Virus record (IMG/VR): IMGVR_UViG_3300045988_101452 | Source: a virus | DNA: 41,581 nucleotides | Direction: 5' to 3' (one strand) | Shown here: positions 27,030 through 34,737 of the stretch, in pieces | How the letters are laid out: each line of letters opens with the position of its first letter | Numbering within the stretch: the stretch's first letter is position 1 | Position numbers and translations under genes: made by a program | The notes under the pieces: model-generated | The model's database searches: none | Told to the model about the DNA's origin: nothing | The model's input: the letters and a program-made list of their open reading frames with translations, nothing else

Positions 27030-27127
27030 AAACTTGCTACTTACGCTGAGTTGAATACAACGTGTAACTACATTCACAGAAGCTATGCAACTGTTTTGTT
27101 CGTTCGCTTGTTTGACTTTATGAGTTA

Positions 27128-27156
27128 ATTGTACTACTGTTTAAACAGTATGTCAA
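27128..27156 (-). promoter_or_regulatory. early leftward promoter PL: TTGACA-17-TACAAT with 16-bp perfect palindromic operator tactgtttaaacagta (27135-27150) in the spacer
   Basis: -35 27156-27151, -10 27133-27128 on minus strand. Confidence 0.55.
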
Positions 27157-27207
27157 GACGAAAATATTAATAAATACGAAAAAAACCGTATTTTTCACAA
27201 AAAACTG

Positions 27208-27236
27208 TTGATTTATACTGTTTAATTCGTTATAAT
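27208..27236 (+). promoter_or_regulatory. repressor promoter: TTGATT-17-TATAAT with operator half-site atactgtttaa in spacer
   Basis: -35 27208-13, -10 27231-36, cI-like ORF begins 27273. Confidence 0.5.
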
Positions 27237-27272
27237 AACGATATAATAAAATTCAAGAAAGAGATTCATACA

Positions 27273-27854
27273 ATGGGCAGAGGAACTTTAACACCTCAAG
27301 AAGAGGAATTAAAAAAGGTTATATCTAATAATATTAGAACAAAAATAAAAGAAGAAGGCATCTCTCAAGCTGAATTTGCTAGAAGAGCTGGAATACCTCC
27401 AACAACTTTGTCTGGATATATAAAAGGTGTAACTAGACCTAATGCTGGTAACCTTCAAAAAATTTCGGACACACTTGGCCTCCTAAAGTCTGATATTGAC
27501 CCTTCATATAAACAAGGCTACTCATTGGAAGATTGGAACAATAATAAAAAACAATCTCATTTGGTGAAAAAAATCACTGAAATCAGTTCTCAACTTGAAG
27601 AACCTCGCCAAAAAATAGTACTTGATACAGCTTCTTCTCAATTGGAAGAGCAAGAAAAGGCTAAAAAAGCTATTAAATCAAAACCAAAAATAACTCCTCT
27701 GTTCGATATAAATTCTCCGCTTACTGACGAAGAACTTCAAGAGGCTGTTGACGAAGCTGTAGCTTTTGATGGTGTCCCTCTGACAGATAGAGAAAAAGAA
27801 CTCTACAAGCATTTGCTCCGTGAAGCATGGGAAGAAGACCATGGCAGGGGGTGA
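27273..27854 (+). CDS. cI-like repressor, XRE-family HTH, 193 aa
   Basis: ISQAEFARRAGIPPTTLSGYIKG HTH; divergent from early promoter. Confidence 0.7.
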   Translation: MGRGTLTPQEEELKKVISNNIRTKIKEEGISQAEFARRAGIPPTTLSGYIKGVTRPNAGNLQKISDTLGLLKSDIDPSYKQGYSLEDWNNNKKQSHLVKKITEISSQLEEPRQKIVLDTASSQLEEQEKAKKAIKSKPKITPLFDINSPLTDEELQEAVDEAVAFDGVPLTDREKELYKHLLREAWEEDHGRG

Positions 27855-27859
27855 AATAT

Positions 27860-28294
27860 ATGTCAGTTATAAAGGAGTTATTGTTAGGACTCTCAGTAAA
27901 AATAAAATACTATAATCCTTCTGATTATCCGCATCTTAAAGATGGTATGAAATTTAATATTAGAGGACTAACATATATTTTTATTGATATCTTTAATAGT
28001 GAAATGGTCACTCAGAATATATTACTTCACGAAATGGGTCATGTTTCTTTTGGGCATAGGCATCTCGATTGTCGTTCCTCTGGTTGGGATAGAAAGCAAG
28101 AAAGAGAAGCTGACCGCTATATGATTGAATACAGAGCCGATGAGTGGTTAGCTCAATTCGACTGGGAACCAGACATTATTGATTATGATGCATTTATTGA
28201 GCATTTTGAGTTAGAAAAGCGTCATTATGGGTTAGTTGTTGAGGTGTTTGATGAAATGATCGGTCATGCTCAACTACATAGCCACTGTTTATAG
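27860..28294 (+). CDS. ImmA/IrrE-family zinc metalloprotease (HEMGH)
   Basis: HExxH motif LLHEMGHVSFGH; directly downstream of repressor. Confidence 0.65.
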   Translation: MSVIKELLLGLSVKIKYYNPSDYPHLKDGMKFNIRGLTYIFIDIFNSEMVTQNILLHEMGHVSFGHRHLDCRSSGWDRKQEREADRYMIEYRADEWLAQFDWEPDIIDYDAFIEHFELEKRHYGLVVEVFDEMIGHAQLHSHCL

Positions 28295-28307
28295 TAAGGG
28301 GTGAAAA

Positions 28308-28643
28308 ATGGATTACACAGAATTTAGAAAATATGTTGAAGAAAACACTCGTGCCCAAGGTAAGTTTTTGGAAAAAGCTACAGTTTACTTGCTAGATAAA
28401 AACGCTAGTAGAAAACCAGCTGCTAAATGGACTGATTCCCGCATCGAAAAAGAAGCTAACAAGATGTGGGACATGAACATAAGCGGTGCTTTTAACAACG
28501 TGGCAGAAGGAATTAAAAATGCAGAAGGTAAGCCTCGCTTTCATAATCACGAGGAACAAGTTACTTACTGGATACAATTTATGAATGAGTATGAGTTTTT
28601 AGAAAACTTCACTGAAGGTATCGATGATATGGAATTTGAATAA
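28308..28643 (+). CDS. hypothetical acidic protein between protease and integrase
   Basis: ORF with GGGGTGA RBS. Confidence 0.5.
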   Translation: MDYTEFRKYVEENTRAQGKFLEKATVYLLDKNASRKPAAKWTDSRIEKEANKMWDMNISGAFNNVAEGIKNAEGKPRFHNHEEQVTYWIQFMNEYEFLENFTEGIDDMEFE

Positions 28644-28664
28644 ATAAAACTTTGATACTATTGC

Positions 28665-28692
28665 TTTCTCCTTAATCATGTCTTGCCCGACA
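28665..28692. repeat. 28-bp perfect direct repeat copy B, upstream of integrase
   Basis: identical to 24196-24223. Confidence 0.9.
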
Positions 28693-28710
28693 ATAGAGCA
28701 GGAGAAAAAA

Positions 28711-29892
28711 ATGAATATTAAAGAAGTCAAAAAAAAAGACGGTACAACCGTCTATAAAGTAAATGTTTATCTTGGTGTAGATAGCCTAACAGGTAAGCAA
28801 GTACGTACCACGGTTACAGCCAAGAACCGTAAAACGTGCGAGAACAAAGCTCACCAAGCTATGAATAAGTTTATCAAAAATGGGTCTACTGTTGCAAGAG
28901 AAAAAGTTTCATTTGACAATTTTAATGCCTTAGCCGCTAGTTGGTTTGATTCTTATAAATTGACAGTAAAAGCAAATACTATCAGAATCAATAGTAATTT
29001 TTTAAAAAATTATATTTTGCCAGCGATCGGAAACTATAAAGTTGAGAAAATTACAACTATACTATTGCAAAATATTGTTAATGACTGGGCTAGAAATGCC
29101 AATACTGCTGAAATAGTTAATGGTAATCGTGAGAAGGGAAAAAGCAAAGACTATAAGCTATTACTCAATATCATCAAACGCATTCTCGATTATGGTATGC
29201 AACTAGGTGTCATCTCAGACAATCCAGCTATAAAAGTATTTTCTCCAAAACTTAAGACAAGAACAGTCAAAAAAATAAAGTATTTTAATAATGATGAACT
29301 TAAACGCTTCTTAGCTTACCTTGACACTTTAGAATCAACCACAGCAAATAAAAAGAGCGCTACTCTATACAAGCTTTTACTTGCTACTGGTTTGCGTATC
29401 TGTGAGGCTTTAGCCTTATCATGGTCTGATATTGATTTTGTCAATAATACCGTTAGTGTATCTAAGACACTCATACAATACAGCAATGAGATACAAGACA
29501 GTGCAAAAACAAAAGAAAGCAATCGTTTAGTTTCTGTAGATAGCGAGACAATTTCAATGTTGAAAGAGTGGAGAAAACAACAAAATGACGGTGCTATATC
29601 TTTGCATGATTCTTTAGTTTTCTCATATCATCAAAAAATGAGAACTTACGAACTCGAAAGACAGCACTTAGTTCGACACTTTAAAAACGCTAAAGTTCCT
29701 AACATAGGTTTTCATGGTTTCCGTCACACTCACGCAAGCCTACTAATGAACAATGATGTAAATCCTAAAGAAATTCAAATGAGATTAGGACATGCAGATT
29801 ATTCAATCACAATGAATTTGTACAGTCATCTTGCTAAAGAGAAAAAGAAAGAAACTGCTGAAAAGTTCGCTAATATACTTAAAGCACTATGA
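28711..29892 (+). CDS. int: tyrosine integrase (phage integrase family)
   Basis: RHTHASLL and LGHADYSITMNLYSH catalytic motifs; GGAG RBS. Confidence 0.85.
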   Translation: MNIKEVKKKDGTTVYKVNVYLGVDSLTGKQVRTTVTAKNRKTCENKAHQAMNKFIKNGSTVAREKVSFDNFNALAASWFDSYKLTVKANTIRINSNFLKNYILPAIGNYKVEKITTILLQNIVNDWARNANTAEIVNGNREKGKSKDYKLLLNIIKRILDYGMQLGVISDNPAIKVFSPKLKTRTVKKIKYFNNDELKRFLAYLDTLESTTANKKSATLYKLLLATGLRICEALALSWSDIDFVNNTVSVSKTLIQYSNEIQDSAKTKESNRLVSVDSETISMLKEWRKQQNDGAISLHDSLVFSYHQKMRTYELERQHLVRHFKNAKVPNIGFHGFRHTHASLLMNNDVNPKEIQMRLGHADYSITMNLYSHLAKEKKKETAEKFANILKAL

Positions 29893-29911
29893 TTTTTTGA
29901 GTTTTTTTCCG

Positions 29912-30201
29912 AACGTAACTAAAAACGTAACTAACTGATATAATGACATCTGAAATCCCTTTATATAAGGGGTTCTAAGGATTTGTTGTGATACAGAGCT
30001 ATTATGGCATACTGTGTCAATAAATGTCAATAGATACCGCTAAACCTTGTTTTGTGGGATTTATAAAAATTATTGTACTAATGAATATCTATGAGTTACT
30101 TCTAAAACGTAACTAAAAACGTAACTAATTTTTGTCGGGCAAGAGGCTGTATATCTAAGATATACAGTTTTTTTATTTTAATTAACGTAACTAAAAAAAC
30201 T
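29912..30201. repeat. attP-like region with iterated aacgtaactaa(a) units (candidate integrase arm-type sites)
   Basis: aacgtaactaaaaacgtaactaa at 29912-29934 and 30106-30128; partial at 30185-30201. Confidence 0.6.
30147..30178 (+). terminator. plus-strand terminator ctgtatatct-a-agatatacag + T-run
   Basis: 10-bp perfect inverted repeat then tttttttatttt. Confidence 0.6.
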
Positions 30202-30239
30202 CCTTTTAGAAGTTTCTACTATTTTAATATACATTTTTA

Positions 30240-30313
30240 TGGTTCTTGCTGGACTCGAACCAGCGACCGAACGGTTATGAGCCATTAGCTCTGACCAACT
30301 GAGCTAAAGAACC
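30240..30313 (-). tRNA. tRNA-Met (anticodon CAU)
   Basis: canonical cloverleaf by hand: GGTTCTT acceptor, D-arm AGCTCAGTTGGTCAGAGCT, anticodon loop CTCATAA, T-arm GCTGG-TTCGAGT-CCAGC. Confidence 0.8.
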
Positions 30314-30438
30314 GAGTATGATAATCTGTAGCACTTATAAATTTATAAGTGTGGACGGTACTGCAGATTATCAAAGATACTGTAAAAGAAATAATTTTCT
30401 CGTCCACTAAATATATTATAACACACTACTATAAATAA

Positions 30439-30580
30439 TTGACAATTGTCTGAAAAATTGATAATATTTAAATTGTTAGTGCCTCCTATGTTTTGTATAT
30501 AGTAAACTTTTTCTGAACTTGTACTAACACACATCATCCTCTAGTTGGACTCCTTGAAGTCATCCAGCTAGAGCTTTTTT
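30439..30580 (+). ncRNA. candidate sRNA: promoter TTGACA-17-TAATAT (30439-30467) to terminator T1 (30539-30580); about 105 nt, contains CCUCC
   Basis: near-consensus promoter and 11-bp stem + U6 terminator; no ORF. Confidence 0.35.
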
Positions 30581-30585
30581 ATTTG

Positions 30586-30609
30586 AAAAAAGCCGCTCCG
30601 AAGAGCAGC
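30586..30609 (-). terminator. minus-strand terminator T2 (GCUGCUC-UUCG-GAGCGGC + U6)
   Basis: inverted repeat with UUCG tetraloop and U-run. Confidence 0.55.
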
Positions 30610-30659
30610 TAATGAGGAGAGTAAAACTCTTCATCGATGTCCAATAATATTATAGCACA

Positions 30660-30777
30660 AAAAAAGCCCCGCGAGAGTGAGGCATTTAGCAAAATATGCA
30701 GTGAGTATTTCATGGATTAAAATACTCAGTGATTATTTATGGTAACTAATTATAGCGCTATCATTATTTTTTGTCAA
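30660..30777 (-). ncRNA. candidate sRNA: perfect-consensus promoter TTGACA-17-TATAAT (30777-30749) to terminator T3 (30684-30660); about 80 nt with a 12-bp hairpin
   Basis: exact consensus hexamers with 17-nt spacer; internal inverted repeat cactgagtattt/aaatactcactg; U7 after hairpin. Confidence 0.4.
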
Positions 30778-30809
30778 GAAAAAAGCGTCCCAGTTAGGAG
30801 AGAGACGCT
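30778..30809 (-). terminator. minus-strand terminator T4 (AGCGUC...GACGCU + U6), directly abutting the consensus promoter
   Basis: inverted repeat agcgtc/gacgct, A-run 30778-30783 on plus. Confidence 0.5.
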
Positions 30810-30870
30810 TAGGAGTCTTTATGAAAAATTTTTTTTGGAATAAGAACATTATATAACTTTCCGTTCTTTT

Positions 30871-30901
30871 TGTAAAGAAAAAGCCCTGACCGAAGCCAGG
30901 G
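30871..30901 (-). terminator. late-operon terminator T5 (CCCUGGC-UUCG-GUCAGGG + U-rich)
   Basis: 7-bp stem with UUCG tetraloop right after stop of the last lysis ORF. Confidence 0.6.
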
Positions 30902-30906
30902 TTAAT

Positions 30907-31032
30907 TTATTTTCTGCTATTTAATTCAGCCAAGATAATCAGACCGACAACTATAATCAGCCAAATCCACCAGTAATCTAAAAATAGTTTCATATCGGGC
31001 AATTCTTTTATTCTTTGGAAAAATTCTACCAT
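30907..31032 (-). CDS. small membrane ORF (41 aa) immediately downstream of endolysin
   Basis: ATG 3 nt after lysin stop; MVEFFQRIKELPDMKLFLDYWWIWLIIVVGLIILAELNSRK. Confidence 0.35.
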   Translation of the reverse strand: MVEFFQRIKELPDMKLFLDYWWIWLIIVVGLIILAELNSRK

Positions 31033-31035
31033 AGT

Positions 31036-31953
31036 TTATTTCCAAGCAATTTCTACTGTTTTTTGATTGATTGCTTGCATGAAACGGACGTACCAAGGTG
31101 CATCTGTTCTCCAACTATACTGTTTCAAGTCTTTTCCTGTTGTCTCTTTATAGATTTGACGAATAATTTTAAGTTGATCTTCATGAGACAAAGCAACTAC
31201 TTTATTTCCATCATAGTAATAAATAGTTCCTTGCGTTTTTCCTGTTTTTGCATCAATAATTTGATATGTAAATTTCATAAGGTCATCATCCTCCAATTGT
31301 GAATTATTATTTGCGTTATTGTTATTTTGTTCTGTAGAATTTCCACCAGCTAGTTGCTTCCATTGATTAGCGTTGATATAAGCCAAGTTCAAATCAAGCT
31401 GTCCGTTCCAGTTCATTAAAGTTCCTGACGAGCTATACTGATGAATCGCTGCAGAACTCCAAGCGCCATATCCTTTGCCATCTGACCAAGGTTCTGATTG
31501 ATAGCCTGTAGGACTTGTAGAAGCATATTGAGCAACCCACAAAGCATTACTACTTGAAATAGTACTCCAATTAAACTGACGAGTGACTTCTGCAGACATG
31601 TAAATCATTGGATTGATGCCCGTTTTTTCTTTTACACGATTCAAAAATTGACGAGCACCAACATTTCCCCATGCGTTGATTGCCCCAGCTTCGAAATCTA
31701 AGACGAGAACTGCTTTACCAATATATTCTTTAACAACACTGATAAAGAAGTCTGCCTCAGCGATTGGATTTCCAGTGCTAGCGAAATGATAGAAACCTAG
31801 AAGCTTATTTGCTTGAGTGACTTGACCAGCTTGTTCTCGCCAAGTTGGATTAATATATTTTGTTCCCTCAGTAGCTTTAATAAATACAAAGTCAGAAGGA
31901 ACAATTCCAGCATTCAATTCTGCTTGATAGCTGGAAATGTCAATTCCATTCAT
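31036..31953 (-). CDS. endolysin, GH25 muramidase N-terminal domain + C-terminal cell-wall-binding domain
   Basis: MNGIDISSYQ...FVFIKATEG...GFYHF motifs of GH25 lysozymes. Confidence 0.8.
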   Translation of the reverse strand: MNGIDISSYQAELNAGIVPSDFVFIKATEGTKYINPTWREQAGQVTQANKLLGFYHFASTGNPIAEADFFISVVKEYIGKAVLVLDFEAGAINAWGNVGARQFLNRVKEKTGINPMIYMSAEVTRQFNWSTISSSNALWVAQYASTSPTGYQSEPWSDGKGYGAWSSAAIHQYSSSGTLMNWNGQLDLNLAYINANQWKQLAGGNSTEQNNNNANNNSQLEDDDLMKFTYQIIDAKTGKTQGTIYYYDGNKVVALSHEDQLKIIRQIYKETTGKDLKQYSWRTDAPWYVRFMQAINQKTVEIAWK

Positions 31954-31962
31954 AATAGCCTC

Positions 31963-32424
31963 CTATTCTTCAGTGAGTCCTTCTGTTCCATTAATAATTG
32001 GTTCCACAAGATTAGCCAGTTCTTCAGCATCGGTAGAAATATTATCTGCTGTTTTAGACACTGATTGAGCAACTTCAGATGTAGCTTGTGCAACCTCTTT
32101 AATAGTTTTAACTGGGTCAGAAGTAAAATTCTTTTTCAATTGAGCCAAAGAAGCTTCAATTTGAGCTTCAATCTGAGCGGGATTAGTTTTGATTTTAATT
32201 CGTTTAGCCTCTTCTGTCACATAGTTAATAGCTTCAGACAACTTCTCAGGGTTCTCGTTGAAGTTCTTTTCTGCCCAAGTCACTCCTTGATTTGCCAATT
32301 TAGCTAAAGCATCGATATTTTTTACATTGCTATGCTTTTTAGCTGCCTGTGAGATGAAGTAAGAGACTACTGTTCCTACTAAAGTTAAAATACCGCTAAA
32401 GATTGTCATTAAATTTTGATCCAT
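31963..32424 (-). CDS. holin (LL-H-type architecture: one N-terminal TM, long charged tail); start at MDQNLM with GAGGA RBS
   Basis: position immediately upstream of lysin; TM IFSGILTLVGTVVSYFI. Confidence 0.5.
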   Translation of the reverse strand: MDQNLMTIFSGILTLVGTVVSYFISQAAKKHSNVKNIDALAKLANQGVTWAEKNFNENPEKLSEAINYVTEEAKRIKIKTNPAQIEAQIEASLAQLKKNFTSDPVKTIKEVAQATSEVAQSVSKTADNISTDAEELANLVEPIINGTEGLTEE

Positions 32425-32569
32425 TTTATTTTTCCTCTTTCTTGAATGAGCTGAAGTGTTGCATTGTGTCGCCTTGATAGCTCGCGACATCAATACCGTT
32501 TGTGTTGGCTGATACACTACCTGCGATAACAACATCTGAAATACTATTTACTTGCATGTTATTTCCCCT

Positions 32570-33190
32570 TTAAATATAATCTTCTGGTGCCGGTGTCCAA
32601 GGGGTTGCGGTTGAACCAAACTCTTGCTTTGGTTTTCTAACTCTAAATGTAAAACTACCTTCACTCGTACTAGTGAATCCAGCCTGAAATATGGCTTGTG
32701 TGTTGACAGATGGGTCTGCATAAGGAGGTATCGTTGAAGTTTGTGTTATTCTTATCCACTGATTCAGCATTTGACTAGGGTCTTTAGGTAAATCAATAGA
32801 ACATATGAATTTATAACTGGTTATTGTTCCATCACTACTTGCAGTATATCTTTGACCAAACCAAAATTCTTTAACAGTTGTCCCAGCAGGAAGATTCCAA
32901 CTTGTAAACATAACATCCATACTAATGGTATATTTATCACCTGGTTTATAGCCCCTAGGTTGAATAGAGAAACCAGCCGACAGGTCTCTACTGACATAGG
33001 TATTAGTCCCCTTCATTGTCGCTTCGCCATAGTCATTTTCTACTTTGTCAAAGTTTTTAAAGAACCCATCTTTGGTCTTAGCAGAACTATTAACTAACAA
33101 ATTCCGACCATAAACCAACTGACCGTTTGAATACACTCTATCAAGTGGTTTACCGTCCTTGACAAGCGCCTTACCATTTATAATTGCCAT
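32570..33190 (-). CDS. putative receptor-binding/tail fibre protein 206 aa
   Basis: position after collagen-repeat fibre gene, beta-rich composition. Confidence 0.4.
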   Translation of the reverse strand: MAIINGKALVKDGKPLDRVYSNGQLVYGRNLLVNSSAKTKDGFFKNFDKVENDYGEATMKGTNTYVSRDLSAGFSIQPRGYKPGDKYTISMDVMFTSWNLPAGTTVKEFWFGQRYTASSDGTITSYKFICSIDLPKDPSQMLNQWIRITQTSTIPPYADPSVNTQAIFQAGFTSTSEGSFTFRVRKPKQEFGSTATPWTPAPEDYI

Positions 33191-33191
33191 A

Positions 33192-34109
33192 TTAACCTCC
33201 TATAAAGTAAACGCCTGTCTTGTCGGTTAGTGCATTATATTCTGCTTGCGTAACAACGTTGATTACAGCGTCTTTACCATTAGTGCCGTCTTTACCAGAT
33301 GGTCCCTGAATACCTTGAATCCCTTGAGGTCCAGTGTCTCCCTTGATACCTTGAACACCTTGTATACCTTGTGGTCCAGTGTCTCCCTTGATACCAGTAG
33401 CACCTGACATATCAGTAATAAAAGTAAATTCAGTACCATTCCACAGATACAATTTTGCGTTGTCTGGGTCTTCAACGGTTGATGAAATCATAACAAAGTC
33501 TCCCTTTGTTAAACCGTCACCACTCATTGACGCAACACTTGGAAACGTTTCGGCAATTGAAAAATCTTTACCAGCTACTCCTTGAACACCTTGCTGTCCT
33601 TGTTCTCCCTGCTCGCCACGCTCGCCCTGAATACCCTGAATTCCTTGCGGTCCTATTTCTCCCTTTTCGCCTTGTGGACCAACCTTTCCTTCTGGTAGGT
33701 TATCAATAAGTTCTTTGGCTAAGTCACTAAACTGTTGCTGGAATTCGCCTAAAGTAATTGATGAAATCAAGTTACCGGAAATACCAGTAGCGTTTTGATT
33801 GATGGATAACTTGACGAAACCAGAATCAGGATAAATCTCATAGCCGCTTGAACTGCTCAACCACAACTCTAATAAGTAACTACCAACAGGTAAGTCACTC
33901 AAATCTCCAGAACTAATCACAATATGTTTATCGACCCATTTTGCTGAAACACTTTTGAGGTAGCCGATATCAACTTGTTTAATTTTGATAGTGGCTGATA
34001 AAGTGCTGTCACTGATAATCACACCGTTTTGTAATGCTCTAAAACTTAAGTCTGTCTCATTATCTGCGAATTTAAAACTAGTCACATCTAGTGTTAATAT
34101 TTTAGCCAT
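33192..34109 (-). CDS. tail fibre/baseplate protein with collagen-like G-X-Y repeats
   Basis: GPQGEKGEIGPQGIQGIQGERGEQGEQGQQGVQG and GIKGDTGPQGIQGVQGIKGDTGPQGIQGIQGPSGKDG. Confidence 0.6.
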   Translation of the reverse strand: MAKILTLDVTSFKFADNETDLSFRALQNGVIISDSTLSATIKIKQVDIGYLKSVSAKWVDKHIVISSGDLSDLPVGSYLLELWLSSSSGYEIYPDSGFVKLSINQNATGISGNLISSITLGEFQQQFSDLAKELIDNLPEGKVGPQGEKGEIGPQGIQGIQGERGEQGEQGQQGVQGVAGKDFSIAETFPSVASMSGDGLTKGDFVMISSTVEDPDNAKLYLWNGTEFTFITDMSGATGIKGDTGPQGIQGVQGIKGDTGPQGIQGIQGPSGKDGTNGKDAVINVVTQAEYNALTDKTGVYFIGG

Positions 34110-34132
34110 AAGCCCTCCTTATTTTTCCTCTT

Positions 34133-34480
34133 TTATCTAATTAATTTTATAACTTCCATGATAATCGTATATATGAAAGCCGAAGCTCCACCAATTCCGA
34201 AAATCAATTTCCAAAAGTTTGTTTTATCAAGCAACTTCAACTGAAACTGTCGTTCATCTGAGCTTTCATTACCTTTAATAACAGCCTGTAGGATTTGAGC
34301 ATTCTGTTCAGATTGTCTGGTGTTCTGCTCTCTTAAAAAGCGATTGGATTCATCAACACGTGTCAAGCCATCATTCATCTGCTTTTGCATTTCAACCGAC
34401 ATGTCGTTAAGTCGGGACAGTTCCTTATCATGTTGTTTGAGTTTAGTCTCATGCTGTTCTACTAGCTGTTTTAATTCCAT
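34133..34480 (-). CDS. XhlA-like protein (coiled coil + C-terminal TM)
   Basis: architecture only. Confidence 0.35.
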   Translation of the reverse strand: MELKQLVEQHETKLKQHDKELSRLNDMSVEMQKQMNDGLTRVDESNRFLREQNTRQSEQNAQILQAVIKGNESSDERQFQLKLLDKTNFWKLIFGIGGASAFIYTIIMEVIKLIR

Positions 34481-34492
34481 AACCCCTGCTTT

Positions 34493-34723
34493 CTAATTTA
34501 CGGTAGCAATATATGTTTTGGCTTGAGCGGTAATTTCCTCAAGTAATTTTTCTATTTCTGAATTAACTTCAGTACTATTAGCATGATATGACTCTGCTTC
34601 GCTAATACTGATATTGAAATTGAATGCACCATCAGCTCCTAGTGAAGCAGACACTGAAACAATTTCTTTTGTATCTTGTGCAATAGAGTAACTATAATTT
34701 TCACTTTTCTTTTCTGTTTTCAT
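34493..34723 (-). CDS. hypothetical protein 76 aa
   Basis: ORF tiling. Confidence 0.4.
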   Translation of the reverse strand: MKTEKKSENYSYSIAQDTKEIVSVSASLGADGAFNFNISISEAESYHANSTEVNSEIEKLLEEITAQAKTYIATVN

Positions 34724-34737
34724 TTTTTCTCCTTAAA

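Noticed and set aside
29912-30201. Iterated aacgtaactaa repeats as a CRISPR array
   Set aside because: Units are 11-12 bp with no spacers, far too short; the layout fits integrase arm sites.
30343-30537. Minus ORF 30343..30537 (64 aa)
   Set aside because: No RBS, spans nested palindromes and the tRNA upstream region; the region is better explained as promoter/sRNA.
30926-31302. ORFs 30926..31114(-) and 31015..31302(+)
   Set aside because: Out of frame with or antisense to the lysin and small-TM ORF.
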